Shown: positions 27,964 to 38,346, counted from the stretch's first letter. The stretch is 64,000 bases of DNA from Erysipelotrichales bacterium (GCA_009784525.1 WRBM01000004.1:13083-77082); one strand, 5' to 3'. Notes: a model not told the origin generated them from the sequence alone. Program-made: numbers and translations.

Positions 27964-29440
27964 TGTATTTGTTTTTTTTCTTTTGCTTAATCTTAAGTTA
28001 ATTGATGCGACATATTTTCAACAGAATGCTTACCGGATAAAAGAAGATATGCCGAGAACTGTTAGAAAGAACTGGGTCTTAAGATTATGTCTGATTGCTT
28101 TAGGCGCAACAATTTTTCTCTTTGATGAAAAATTTGTTATTATACCTTTGATAATTTTAGCAGGTCTATTTTGTGGTTATTTATTATTTACGTTTAAAGT
28201 TAGAATAAGATTTACTTCAAGGATGAAACGATTAATGTTGGTCTCTTTGATTATAAATATTTGTTTGGCTTTTTTAGGGATTGGCTTTTTCTTTCTCCCG
28301 GCAAGTTTCCTGATTATTCATTTATCATCACTAATTCTTCATCCTGTTGAAAGATATGTTTATTACTCTTATTTTAAAAAGTGCCAAAGAACGATTTGTG
28401 AATTTAAAGGCATAAAGATTGGCATTACCGGTAGTTATGGTAAAACATCAGTGAAACATTTCTTATATCAAATCTTAAAGACTAGTTATAATGTTCATTA
28501 CACAGAAAAATCTTATAATACACCGATGGGCATCAGTAAAAGTGTAATTGGCCGGCTTAATGATTTATATGATATCATGATTCTAGAAATGGGTGCTGGC
28601 CGAAAAGGTGATATTGGTGAATTAATGGATTTGTGTGATCCGGATATCAGTATTTTAACCACAATCGGTCCGCAACATATTGATGTCTTTAAAACTTTAG
28701 GCAATATCATTAACGAAAAGTTTCTGATTGTGGAAAAACTAAAGGATGTGGGAACAGCTTTTGTTAACGCTGATAATGAACATATAACTAATTATATTAA
28801 TCTTAACAAGTTAAACGAAAGAAAAAATATCGTGATGATTGGTCAAGATGATAATTTCCGCTTTGTCGCTTTAGAACCAGAAGGCACAGAAATGGTCTTT
28901 GAAATTTATCAGGGCGAAGAATTATATGATCTTTATCGGACAAGTGTGCAAGGCAATCACAATTACTATAACATTTTAATAGCGGTCGCTGTCGCTGATT
29001 TTTTGAAGGTTGATAAGGAAAAGATTAAGGAAGCAGTTAAAAATCTGAAAAGTGTCAATAATCGTTTGGAAATAAAAAAATATCCTGATCTGACGATAAT
29101 TGATGATGGCTTTAATTCAAATATTGATGGCGCTATTAATGCTTTGATTCATTTGAAGAGCTACGACTGTGAACGCTGGTTAATTACCCCTGGATTTGTT
29201 GGTTTAAGTAAAGCTGCGGCTGATATGCATCATCAAAAATTTGCTAAAATGATTGAAGAAACTTGCGATCATGTTATTATTGTTAATAAAGTTAATCGTA
29301 AGTATTTCAAAAAATATTTAAACAAAAAAGAAGTTTATTATCTCAAGGATTTCCAGGAAGGCATGGCATTTTTTTATAAAATGACCGCAAACAAACAGCG
29401 TACGCTTTTAATTGAAAATGACTTGCCAGATAATTATTAA
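27947..29440 (+). CDS. Mur ligase family protein (MurF-like central and C-terminal domains) with a ~150-aa N-terminal 4-TM membrane domain
   Basis: P-loop GITGSYGKTSVK at about aa 160. MurF-like blocks ILEMGAGRKGDIGELMDLCDPDISILTTIGPQHID and IIDDGFNSN. The first 150 aa comprise 4 strongly hydrophobic segments instead of the soluble MurF N-domain. Immediately upstream of ddl. Confidence 0.7.
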   Translation: MKSMINVFVFFLLLNLKLIDATYFQQNAYRIKEDMPRTVRKNWVLRLCLIALGATIFLFDEKFVIIPLIILAGLFCGYLLFTFKVRIRFTSRMKRLMLVSLIINICLAFLGIGFFFLPASFLIIHLSSLILHPVERYVYYSYFKKCQRTICEFKGIKIGITGSYGKTSVKHFLYQILKTSYNVHYTEKSYNTPMGISKSVIGRLNDLYDIMILEMGAGRKGDIGELMDLCDPDISILTTIGPQHIDVFKTLGNIINEKFLIVEKLKDVGTAFVNADNEHITNYINLNKLNERKNIVMIGQDDNFRFVALEPEGTEMVFEIYQGEELYDLYRTSVQGNHNYYNILIAVAVADFLKVDKEKIKEAVKNLKSVNNRLEIKKYPDLTIIDDGFNSNIDGAINALIHLKSYDCERWLITPGFVGLSKAAADMHHQKFAKMIEETCDHVIIVNKVNRKYFKKYLNKKEVYYLKDFQEGMAFFYKMTANKQRTLLIENDLPDNY

Positions 29441-29458
29441 ATGAAAGGATAGATTATA

Positions 29459-30520
29459 GTGATTAATCTAGCTGTTGTTTTTGGTGGTAAATCCTGTGAA
29501 CATGAAATATCAGTCTTGACGGCTAATCAAGTTATTGCTTGTTTAAATAAAGAGAAGTATCGGATATTACCGATTTATATAACTAAGGATCAAAGATTTT
29601 ACTATTTAAGTGATTTTAGTATTGATTTATTTAAAGACCGTAAACTACTTAAAAAAAGTATGCGGGAAATCAATTTTACTAAAAAAGGTTTTATGCTGAA
29701 ACGTAAAAAGATTATGATTGATGTCGCAATCCTTTCCATGCACGGTACTAACGGTGAAGATGGAAGTATTCAAGCTTTATTAAACTTTTTTGATATATGT
29801 TATTTAGGCTCAGATATGATTTCGTGTGCTTTAAGTCAGGATAAGGTATTTATGAAACAAATCCTAAAACAAAATGAAGTCAAAGTTTTAGATTATCAAT
29901 TTCTTTATGAAAAGGAAAAAGCTGATTTTAAGCTTGAGCTTCAGTTGCCAGTGATAGCTAAAGCCTGTAATTTAGGCTCTTCCATTGGTATTGAAATCAT
30001 TCGGACAGAAGCAGAATTGAAGCCGAAACTTGATAGTATTTTTAAATATGACAAGAAAGTTTTATTTGAACCATATATCGCTGAGTTCAGGGAATTTAAC
30101 ATAGCTGTTTCAGCTTTTAACCGTGAGATTGTTTGTTCAAAAGTTGAAGAAGTGAAAAAGACTAATGAAATTCTTGATTTTACTAATAAATATCAAGGTA
30201 GTAAAGATTTAAGAATTATTCCAGCGGATATATGTCTAGAGTTAAAGGCATCAATCGAAGAAACTGCTAAGAAAGTGTACTCTTTAATGGATTTTGAAAC
30301 TTTTGTCCGTTTTGATTTTATGTATTTTAATGAAGAGTTATATTTAAATGAAGTTAATACAACACCGGGATCACTGAGTTACTACCTTTGGGATAAAAGT
30401 TTTAATGAAATGTTAGATATTAAAATCAAAGATAGTTTTCGTAGTTTTTCTGAACGAAATGAAAAAGAAACCTCTTTTGACACAAATATTATTTTTACAG
30501 GAAATGGTGCAAAGAAGTAG
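29459..30520 (+). CDS. ddl: D-alanine--D-alanine ligase
   Basis: N-terminus INLAVVFGGKSCEHEISVLTA (the GG.S.EHEVS signature). ATP-grasp body; C-terminal NEVNTTPG motif (the N.N.PG family). Confidence 0.85.
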   Translation: MINLAVVFGGKSCEHEISVLTANQVIACLNKEKYRILPIYITKDQRFYYLSDFSIDLFKDRKLLKKSMREINFTKKGFMLKRKKIMIDVAILSMHGTNGEDGSIQALLNFFDICYLGSDMISCALSQDKVFMKQILKQNEVKVLDYQFLYEKEKADFKLELQLPVIAKACNLGSSIGIEIIRTEAELKPKLDSIFKYDKKVLFEPYIAEFREFNIAVSAFNREIVCSKVEEVKKTNEILDFTNKYQGSKDLRIIPADICLELKASIEETAKKVYSLMDFETFVRFDFMYFNEELYLNEVNTTPGSLSYYLWDKSFNEMLDIKIKDSFRSFSERNEKETSFDTNIIFTGNGAKK

Positions 30521-30636
30521 TCAAAATTACTAAGATTAAAGTCTGGAGAATTCCGGACTTTTTTAATGTAGCTTTGAAAAAAACGCTATATTAAATAATA
30601 ACTCATGTTATAATAGTAGATTATTAAGGAGAAATT

Positions 30637-31884
30637 ATGAAAAAACTAAGTTTAATTTTTTTAACGTTTGCATTTTTTACTCTCTCAGCTTGCGGGGGAG
30701 CAATCAATGAAGTAGTACCATCAATAAGTGCTGGAGGCAATCACAGCCTCTTTTTAGATGCAGATGGTCGAATCTGGGGTTGGGGAGTTAATATTTATGC
30801 TGGGGTTGCGGAGGAAGAAATCCGGGATTTAATAAAGACTCCGCAAATAATCAATCAAGTAAGTGGCACCAGGGCTTTACCAAAATTTTCAACGGTTGCT
30901 GCAGGAGAACGATTTAGCATCGCTCTTGATACGCGAGGCAATGTCTGGACTTGGGGTTGGAGTGGTTCCCAATGGGAAGGAGATTGCCTTCTTGGTCATG
31001 GTGAAATTGAAAGTTTTGAATTACGTCCAAGAAGAATCGAAGACGTGCCAGGTTTTGGAAATATAGTTGCGATTAGTGCTGGGAACAGACATTCTATGGC
31101 TCTTGATATTAATGGTCGGATTTGGACTTGGGGCGATAGAGTCCAATCAGGATTTGGACCTCTGGAAGTTAGTCTTCGTCCGAGAATGCTGGAACTGGAT
31201 ATGAATGGTGCAGAACTTCCTGCCTTTTCTAAGATTAGCGCTGGTCAACATAGTATGGCTTTGGATGTTTATGGGCGCATTTGGACCTGGGGACAAGGCC
31301 ATCATGGTCACGATACACTTTGGCCTGTTGAGCGTCCGCAAATGTTAACGACTGGCGGATTATTAGATGTATCAATTGCCTTACCAGAATTTGTGGCGAT
31401 TGATAATAGTATTGAAAGTATGGCTTTAGATGTTAATGGCAATATTTGGACTTGGGGATCTCGATTTCCTAATACAACTATACTTGCCCAAGGTTGGTTT
31501 AACACTAGGGTTGGCTGGCATATTCCGCGACAAATTGTCAGCAATGGAAATTTTACAAGAACGGAAATCGGACCATTGCCAGCTTTTGGGGCTGTAGCTA
31601 TAGGATGGGCATTCGCAATGGCTATTGATATTAATGGTCAGGTTTGGAGTTGGGGACAAAATATTAATGGTGTGCTTGGACTTTTCCTTCCAAATGAATT
31701 TAATGCTGACAGACCCCATAAAATAGCAGAATTGACAGACATTGTAGCGATTAGTGCTGGTTTTGGTTTTGCAATAGCACTGGACAGTCAAAACCAACTA
31801 TGGACTTGGGGTTCAAATCATACGGGACAATTAGGTCATGGTGGTCAGACAAGTGAATCAGGACCAAGAAAAGTAGTGTTTTAG
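30637..31884 (+). CDS. RCC1-repeat lipoprotein
   Basis: Signal peptide + lipobox LSAC. At least 7 repeats with W(T/G)WG...G.LG.G signature (RIWGWG, VWTWGW, RIWTWGD, IWTWGQ, NIWTWGS, QVWSWGQN, LWTWGSN). Confidence 0.75.
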   Translation: MKKLSLIFLTFAFFTLSACGGAINEVVPSISAGGNHSLFLDADGRIWGWGVNIYAGVAEEEIRDLIKTPQIINQVSGTRALPKFSTVAAGERFSIALDTRGNVWTWGWSGSQWEGDCLLGHGEIESFELRPRRIEDVPGFGNIVAISAGNRHSMALDINGRIWTWGDRVQSGFGPLEVSLRPRMLELDMNGAELPAFSKISAGQHSMALDVYGRIWTWGQGHHGHDTLWPVERPQMLTTGGLLDVSIALPEFVAIDNSIESMALDVNGNIWTWGSRFPNTTILAQGWFNTRVGWHIPRQIVSNGNFTRTEIGPLPAFGAVAIGWAFAMAIDINGQVWSWGQNINGVLGLFLPNEFNADRPHKIAELTDIVAISAGFGFAIALDSQNQLWTWGSNHTGQLGHGGQTSESGPRKVVF

Positions 31885-32056
31885 AGCTATATTATTTTTT
31901 AAAGCAAGTGAAAATAAACCATTAGGTCTTTTTTCAATTACAGAAACACCTTTTAGGTATAAAGGTGCCGTTGACAATACAAAAGATAATTTTTGTTTGA
32001 TAAATTAATACAAGTTAAATCTTACGTGGTATAATATTTATGGTGATTTTTACATA

Positions 32057-32632
32057 ATGAAATTTCGTTATTATCTGATTGGTAATGCTACTGCGATTAA
32101 TCCTGAAGAATATGCAATCTTAATTGATATTTTAAAAGGATTTTTTGTACATGCAAAAATGGAGATAAAGGAAAATCTGATTGTAATTTACGACGATCTT
32201 GATAATGTTGATGGCATTCTTGATTTGATAGATAATTTAAATAGTGAACTTTATCTTGATTTAAAGATTTTTTGTTCACCAGAATATCATAAATTTTCAG
32301 AATCTTACTTTAACTGGAGTCTGAAAGCTTTTAAAGAAATAGAATCATCGGAAAGGTTTTTAGATGAAAAAGAATTGTTAAACGAAAGTTTTAAAGTCCA
32401 AGTTTCAGAAGAAACCAAAAAAATAATTCTTAAAAAATTTTATAGCGATAGTGAAATGTTGCGTTCGGTTAAAGTTTTTTTAGAGTGCGACTTAAATGTT
32501 TCTAAAGCCAGTGAATTACTTTATTTGCATCGCAATACTTTAATTCAGCGCATTGACCGTTTTAGTGAAGTGACAGGTTATAATATAAAAAACTTTCAGG
32601 AAGCTGTCCTGATTTATAATTTATTGAAATAA
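32057..32632 (+). CDS. PucR/CdaR-type C-terminal HTH protein (short, 191 aa)
   Basis: C-terminal LECDLNVSKASELLYLHRNTLIQRIDRFSEVTGYNIKNFQEAVLIYNLL resembles the PucR C-terminal HTH. No full N-terminal sensor region. Confidence 0.55.
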   Translation: MKFRYYLIGNATAINPEEYAILIDILKGFFVHAKMEIKENLIVIYDDLDNVDGILDLIDNLNSELYLDLKIFCSPEYHKFSESYFNWSLKAFKEIESSERFLDEKELLNESFKVQVSEETKKIILKKFYSDSEMLRSVKVFLECDLNVSKASELLYLHRNTLIQRIDRFSEVTGYNIKNFQEAVLIYNLLK

Positions 32633-32714
32633 GTGTGCAAAATGCACATTTTTTTTATTAGCAATTTTTAATATAATATATGTATCATGTTTTAATAAAA
32701 AGGAGATAATTTAA

Positions 32715-34028
32715 GTGGCAACTTTAAAATTAGACAAAATTAATAAGATTTACCCTAATGGTGTACAAGCCGTCTTTGATTTCGATTTAAAAGTTAAAGA
32801 TAAAGAATTCATTGTTTTTGTTGGACCGTCAGGATGCGGTAAATCAACAACTCTACGTATGATCGCTGGATTAGAAGAAATTACTAGCGGGAAGCTTTTC
32901 ATTGATGATAATGAAATGAATGATGTTGCGCCAAAAGACCGTAACATTGCGATGGTTTTCCAAAGTTATGCTCTTTATCCTCATATGAGCGTTTACGATA
33001 ATATGGCCTTTGGTTTGAAATTACGTAAAATGCCAAAAGATCAGATTGATACAAAAGTTAAAGAAGCAGCGGAAATTCTTGGATTAACAGCTTATCTTGA
33101 CCGTAAGCCAAGAGCTTTATCTGGAGGTCAGCGTCAGCGTGTTGCCTTAGGAAGAGCGATCGTTCGTAACGCTAAAGTCTTCTTAATGGATGAGCCATTA
33201 TCGAATCTAGATGCTAAACTTCGTGTTCAGATGCGTGGAGAGCTTATCAAACTTCATAACTCAATTTCTACAACAACTGTTTATGTTACCCATGACCAGA
33301 TTGAAGCGATGACAATGGCTTCAAGAATCGTTGTTATGAAAGATGGTTGGATTCAACAAGTTGGTGAACCAAAAGAAATTTATGATTATCCGCATAATAT
33401 GTTTGTCGGTGGTTTCATCGGAACGCCACCAATGAACTTTTTAGACGGAAGAGTTGACAAAGATGGTTATTTTGTTGTTAAAAAAAGAAACGAAGAAATC
33501 TTACGTGTTAAAGTTCCTGCATCAAAATTACCAATCATTAACGATAACGACTTTGTTGATAAGCCAATCGTTTTAGGTATTCGCCCGGAAAACATTTACG
33601 ATAACGCTGATGACATCGCTAATCACAAGGATGCAGTTGTAAACTTTGTTGTTGACGTTGCTGAGTTATTAGGTGCGGAAACAAATATTTACTGTCAGAT
33701 TAATGACAGAAGCGTTTGTGCTTCAGTTAAAGCAAGAGCAGATTTAAGAATTGGCGATAAAATCCAATTAGCGTTCAACATGGAAACAATTCATTTCTTT
33801 GATCCGGAGTCAGAACTTCGTTTATTAGAGAAAAAGCAAATTATACAAGTTAAAATCGAAACACCTGAAGCTGAAGCAGCAACCCCTGCTGAGCCAGTAA
33901 CTGAAGTTGCACCAGCGGCTCCTGCGCCTGAAGCAGTAGCTGAAGAAGCAGCACCTGCAGCTGAATATAAGTTATTCCGTCGTGCGGAAAACGATAATAA
34001 GCCAGGTAAAAAAAATAATAAAAAATAA
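32715..34028 (+). CDS. ABC importer ATPase of the MalK/MsmK/UgpC type with TOBE domain and an Ala/Pro/Glu-rich C-terminal tail
   Basis: GPSGCGKST, LSGGQRQRVALGRA, FLMDEPLSNLD, HDQIEAM. C-terminal OB-fold region, then PEAEAATPAEPVTEVAPAAPAPEAVAEEAAPAAE. GTG start after AAAGGAG. Confidence 0.85.
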   Translation: MATLKLDKINKIYPNGVQAVFDFDLKVKDKEFIVFVGPSGCGKSTTLRMIAGLEEITSGKLFIDDNEMNDVAPKDRNIAMVFQSYALYPHMSVYDNMAFGLKLRKMPKDQIDTKVKEAAEILGLTAYLDRKPRALSGGQRQRVALGRAIVRNAKVFLMDEPLSNLDAKLRVQMRGELIKLHNSISTTTVYVTHDQIEAMTMASRIVVMKDGWIQQVGEPKEIYDYPHNMFVGGFIGTPPMNFLDGRVDKDGYFVVKKRNEEILRVKVPASKLPIINDNDFVDKPIVLGIRPENIYDNADDIANHKDAVVNFVVDVAELLGAETNIYCQINDRSVCASVKARADLRIGDKIQLAFNMETIHFFDPESELRLLEKKQIIQVKIETPEAEAATPAEPVTEVAPAAPAPEAVAEEAAPAAEYKLFRRAENDNKPGKKNNKK

Positions 34029-34036
34029 TTAATCAG

Positions 34037-34063
34037 AAAGAGTCCGAAAAAGGCTCTTTTTTG
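34037..34063 (+). terminator. Rho-independent terminator
   Basis: agagtcc...ggctct hairpin followed by TTTTTT. Confidence 0.55.
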
Positions 34064-34073
34064 TTTTGCGAAA

Positions 34074-34499
34074 ATGCTGGAAAAAATTATCAATACGGCT
34101 TTTGGAGCTAAGTTGGTTTATCAAGACAAGGAACTGCTCTTTAAAGAAAGCACCTTAAAGGTTATCAGGAACCTTTGCGAGCGTAGGTTATTTACTTTGG
34201 AAGGATATCTTCAGGCGGTAAAAAAAATCCTTCCGATAAGTTATAAAATTCCTATAGTAATAACGGATAACTTTGTTTTATTTCAAACGGAATCAAGCCG
34301 AAACTTTACTAATATCTGGATTAATTATAAAGCAATTATGGATACAAAAGAAGTTGATAAAAAATTAATTATTACTTTCCTTTCCGGAAATAGTTTGACA
34401 ATAAACTGGACTAAAAAAGGTTTTAAGCGTTTAGAGGAAAATATCCGGATTATTGAGGAATATAAAAGGAGTTTAGAAACTTCTAATTTATCTTTTTAA
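34074..34499 (+). CDS. ComK-family-like protein, short (141 aa; N-terminally shorter than Bacillus ComK)
   Basis: [69 protein letters not shown] aligns by eye with the ComK core (KPPIMVDP...IFLFPTLSS....WI......K.......VTFSNG.TMELP.S...F.NQ.YR). An in-frame stop at 34026 prevents a longer N-terminus. Confidence 0.45.
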   Translation: MLEKIINTAFGAKLVYQDKELLFKESTLKVIRNLCERRLFTLEGYLQAVKKILPISYKIPIVITDNFVLFQTESSRNFTNIWINYKAIMDTKEVDKKLIITFLSGNSLTINWTKKGFKRLEENIRIIEEYKRSLETSNLSF

Positions 34500-34581
34500 A
34501 AAATGCGGTTTCATCTTGGATTTTCAAGGACTTTATGATATAATGATTAGTGACATAAACAATGAAAGGAGTCATTATAAA

Positions 34582-35778
34582 ATGGCGAAAAAAACAATTT
34601 TAGATTTAAAAGATATTCAAGGAAAAAAAGTGTTAATCAGAGTAGATTTTAATGTTCCGATGAAAGATGGAAAAATCACAGATGATAACCGGGTTGTAGA
34701 GGCTTTACCTACTATTAAGCATATCCTTGAGAAAAAAGGAAAAGCGATCGTTTTCAGTCATTTAGGGCGAGTTGAAACAGAAGAAGATAAAAAGAAAAAC
34801 TCATTAGCTCCTGTGGCAAAACATTTAAGTTCTTTATTAAATCAAGACGTAAAATTTGTTCCTGCAACTAGAGGGGCTGAACTAGAGAACGCAATCAATG
34901 CTTTAAAAGATGGCGAAATTTTAATGTTTGAAAATACTCGTTTTGAAGATATTGATGGTAAAAAAGAATCTAAAAACAATAAAGATCTTGGTGCTTACTG
35001 GGCTTCTTTAGGAGATATTTTTATTAATGATGCCTTTGGTACTGCGCATAGGGCTCATGCTTCAAATGCTGGTATTGCAGCTAATATCAAAACTACTGTT
35101 GCAGGATTCTTACTTGAAAAAGAAATTAAGTTTTTAGGTGAAGCAGTTGATAATCCGAAAAGACCTTTTGTTGCAATTCTTGGTGGCGCAAAAGTAAGCG
35201 ATAAAATCGCTGTTATCGATAACTTAATTGCGAAAGCAGATAAAATTATTGTTGGTGGCGGAATGATGTTTACTTTCTTAAAAGCGCAAGGATTAAACGT
35301 TGGTAAAAGTAAATGCGAAGAAGACAAAGTTGAACTAGCAAAAGAATTATTAGCCAAAGCAAATGGAAAAATCATTTTACCGGTTGATACTTTAGCAACA
35401 AAAGAGTTTTCTAATGATGCGCCTATCAGAGTATCTGCTGTTAATGATATTAAAGCTGATGAAATGGGATTAGATATCGGACCTAAATCAGTTGAAGTCT
35501 TTAAGGATGCTTTAGCTGGTGCAAAAACTGTTGTCTGGAATGGACCAATGGGAGTTTTTGAATTCTCTAATTTTGCGAAAGGAACTGTCGCAGTTTGCGA
35601 TGCTTTAGCTAATTTGAAAGATGCTAATACAGTTGTTGGTGGTGGTGACTCTGCCGCGGCCGCAATTCAACTTGGTTATGCAAGCAGATTTACGCATATT
35701 TCTACAGGTGGCGGAGCTTCTTTAGAATATTTGGAAGGGAAAGTTTTACCAGGCATTGACTGCGTAAACAATAAATAA
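34582..35778 (+). CDS. pgk: Phosphoglycerate kinase
   Basis: [63 protein letters not shown] before the ATG at 34582; the track start at 34516 is too early. Confidence 0.95.
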   Translation: MAKKTILDLKDIQGKKVLIRVDFNVPMKDGKITDDNRVVEALPTIKHILEKKGKAIVFSHLGRVETEEDKKKNSLAPVAKHLSSLLNQDVKFVPATRGAELENAINALKDGEILMFENTRFEDIDGKKESKNNKDLGAYWASLGDIFINDAFGTAHRAHASNAGIAANIKTTVAGFLLEKEIKFLGEAVDNPKRPFVAILGGAKVSDKIAVIDNLIAKADKIIVGGGMMFTFLKAQGLNVGKSKCEEDKVELAKELLAKANGKIILPVDTLATKEFSNDAPIRVSAVNDIKADEMGLDIGPKSVEVFKDALAGAKTVVWNGPMGVFEFSNFAKGTVAVCDALANLKDANTVVGGGDSAAAAIQLGYASRFTHISTGGGASLEYLEGKVLPGIDCVNNK

Positions 35779-35779
35779 C

Positions 35780-36541
35780 ATGAATAAAAATCGGAGACCG
35801 GTTATTGCCGGCAACTGGAAAATGAATAAAACCCGTGATGAGGCTCTTCAGTTTATTTATACAATTACTCCGGAATTACCAAAAAATACGGATGTAGAAA
35901 CTGTCATTTGTTCATCTCCTGTTTTATTACGTTGCTTAGTTAAGCGTCAAGGTGAAAACTTAAGGATTGGTGCTCAAACGATGCATCAGTCTGAATCAGG
36001 AGCCTTCACTGGTGAAGTATCACCTGTAATCTTAAAAAATTCTGGTGTTGAATATGTAATTATTGGTCATAGTGAAAGAAGAGCTTATTTCAATGAAACA
36101 GACGAAACTGTTAATCAGAAAGTTCTGGCAGCGCTAAAGCATGACATTATAGCAATCGCTTGTTGTGGCGAGACTTTAGAAGAAAGAGAATCCAATAAGA
36201 CTGAAGATGTGATTAAGAGACAAGTCGTAGCGATGATGAATACTATTCCGGCGGATGCGGCTAAAGAGGTCATTATTGCTTATGAACCGATTTGGGCAAT
36301 TGGCACTGGCAAAACAGCTACTAAAGAAATGGCTGAAGAAACTTGCGGTTTTGTTCGCAATGTTATCGAGCAATTATACGGCAAAGCTGTTAGTGATAAA
36401 ATCAGAATTCTTTATGGTGGTTCTGTCACTCCTGCGAATGTTTCTGAATTATTGGCTCAAACTAATATTGATGGGGCTTTAGTAGGCGGTGCCTCTTTAG
36501 ATTCAGAAAATTTTCTTAAACTTGTTAAAGCAGCTAAATAA
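35780..36541 (+). CDS. tpiA: Triosephosphate isomerase
   Basis: RRPVIAGNWKMN, IIGHSERR, AYEPIWAIGTGKTAT, GGASL. Confidence 0.95.
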   Translation: MNKNRRPVIAGNWKMNKTRDEALQFIYTITPELPKNTDVETVICSSPVLLRCLVKRQGENLRIGAQTMHQSESGAFTGEVSPVILKNSGVEYVIIGHSERRAYFNETDETVNQKVLAALKHDIIAIACCGETLEERESNKTEDVIKRQVVAMMNTIPADAAKEVIIAYEPIWAIGTGKTATKEMAEETCGFVRNVIEQLYGKAVSDKIRILYGGSVTPANVSELLAQTNIDGALVGGASLDSENFLKLVKAAK

Positions 36542-36550
36542 ATATTAACA

Positions 36551-36580
36551 AACAAAGCCTGAGATTTCAGGCTTTGTTAG
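36551..36580 (+). terminator. Strong hairpin / terminator after tpiA
   Basis: aacaaagcctga-gatt-tcaggctttgtt 12-bp stem. Confidence 0.55.
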
Positions 36581-36654
36581 GTATTAAACTAGAAACTACA
36601 AATTAAAATTCAATAACAGAAAAAAAATTATCACAATTTTTAAGGAGAAATATT

Positions 36655-37590
36655 ATGAAAAAATTATTAATACTGGGCTTCTTACTTTTACTTGCTGGCT
36701 GTGCCAGAGATAATGATCTGGAAATAAGAATTATGGTTCCAGGAGGAGCTACAGCTATAGCGCATATTCATGTGCAAGGAAGCGAAGTTTACCTTGGAGC
36801 TAATGTTAGCTATAGCGTAGATGTCAGACAGGGAAGAGATCCTTTAGTCGCTGCTTTTACTTCGCAGACTCATGATATCGTAATTGCGCCTTTTGATTTA
36901 GGAGCACAATTATATAATCTAGGTAGTTTTAATTATCAGTTAGCCGCAATCGTTACTTTTGGTAATCTTTTCTTAGCTACTGTAATGGAAGAGGAATTTA
37001 CTTTAGAAAGTCTTGAAGGTCGCGATATAATCCTTTTCGGACAAAACTCGGTTCCTGATATCGTGGTTAGGACGGCACTAGAAGGAATTACTCCAAATCA
37101 AATCCGTTATGTTAACGCAGCTGGAGATGCTCAGGCAGAGTTAGTTTTAGATAATTCAAATATTGTCTTACTAGCAGAGCCAAGTTTATCAGTAGCGCAA
37201 AGATTAGTACCTGGACTTCAAACAATAGATTTACAGGAAGCATTTTATCAGAAAACCGGACACAATTATCCGCAAGCAGGAGTATTTATTTCTAACAATC
37301 TAATTGATAATCATCCAGAAGTTGTCAGAAAATATTTAGAAGCAGTAAGAAATTCCACAGTTGAGGTTAATAAAAACCCAGCTGAAGCTGCGAGACTTGC
37401 AGTAGAATTAGAGTTTGGCTTTCCGGAAGCCGTATTAGTTACAGCAATCCCAAGATCAAATATTGGCTTTCAGACTCCGCAAGAAAGTATGGAAGACATT
37501 GTTTTCTTGCTTAATCGTATATTGGCGCTTAATCCGGCTCTTTTAAGCGGCAGATTACCGAGTGAAGCCCTTTATCATGTCCAAAAATAG
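36655..37590 (+). CDS. ABC transporter substrate-binding lipoprotein (NMT1/THI5-like, sulfonate/nitrate/HMP family)
   Basis: Signal peptide + lipobox LAGC. Periplasmic-binding-protein-like length. Directly upstream of the permease. Confidence 0.55.
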   Translation: MKKLLILGFLLLLAGCARDNDLEIRIMVPGGATAIAHIHVQGSEVYLGANVSYSVDVRQGRDPLVAAFTSQTHDIVIAPFDLGAQLYNLGSFNYQLAAIVTFGNLFLATVMEEEFTLESLEGRDIILFGQNSVPDIVVRTALEGITPNQIRYVNAAGDAQAELVLDNSNIVLLAEPSLSVAQRLVPGLQTIDLQEAFYQKTGHNYPQAGVFISNNLIDNHPEVVRKYLEAVRNSTVEVNKNPAEAARLAVELEFGFPEAVLVTAIPRSNIGFQTPQESMEDIVFLLNRILALNPALLSGRLPSEALYHVQK

Positions 37591-38308
37591 CTTCCTAATT
37601 ATTGGAAGCATCCTATTATTTTATCTTTTATTTTTACTTGGAAGTGTCTATTTTGACAATCAGATTATTTTTCCAAGGCCTAATCAAGTACTTTCAGCGT
37701 TATTTCAGTTATTTGGCGAACTAAGAACTTATCAGATTTTTGGAATGACATTTTTACGATTAGCAGTAAGTCTTTTGATTAGTTTTGTACTGGCTTTTAT
37801 TTTAGCGCTTTTAAGTTATCTTTCGGATAGTTTTTTAAAACTTATAAGACCAATTATCTTATTTTTCAGAAGCATTCCCGTAGTTGCGATTATTGTGATT
37901 ATTTGGGCTATGTTTGGTGATATTCGGGCACCTTATGTAATTACAACATTAATGGTATTTCCGATTATTTATCAAGCCTTATATCAAGGACTAAAGAATA
38001 TTCGTAAAGATTATCTAGAAGTTTATTCTTTAGACTCAGGGCTGACGCCTTTAGTTTTTAAGTTAGTTTATCTGCCTTTGATGTTGCCTTTCATTAAAAC
38101 AGCCTTTTTTCAAGCTTTAGGGCTTGGCATCAAAATTACGGTTATGAGCGAATTTTTAGTACAGTCAGAGTTTTCAATTGGCTCGGAAATTTGGCGTTAC
38201 CGGAATTTATTAAGTTTTGACTTTATCTTTGCCTGGGTAATAATCTTAGTGTTGATTATCGCTTCGATTGAATATTTAGCTAAAAGTGTTTTAAAAAGTG
38301 AAAATTAA
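37562..38308 (+). CDS. ABC transporter permease (binding-protein-dependent, TauC/SsuC-like)
   Basis: 6 TM helices. Conserved EAA-like loop region (ALYQGLKNIRKDYLEVYSLDSG). No adjacent ATPase gene. Confidence 0.7.
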   Translation: MKPFIMSKNSFLIIGSILLFYLLFLLGSVYFDNQIIFPRPNQVLSALFQLFGELRTYQIFGMTFLRLAVSLLISFVLAFILALLSYLSDSFLKLIRPIILFFRSIPVVAIIVIIWAMFGDIRAPYVITTLMVFPIIYQALYQGLKNIRKDYLEVYSLDSGLTPLVFKLVYLPLMLPFIKTAFFQALGLGIKITVMSEFLVQSEFSIGSEIWRYRNLLSFDFIFAWVIILVLIIASIEYLAKSVLKSEN

Positions 38309-38316
38309 TTTATCGA

Positions 38317-38346
38317 AAGCTGAGTTTTAGTACTTAGCTTTTTTTG
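38317..38346 (+). terminator. Rho-independent terminator
   Basis: aagctgagt-tttag-tacttagctt hairpin followed by TTTTTT. Confidence 0.6.
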
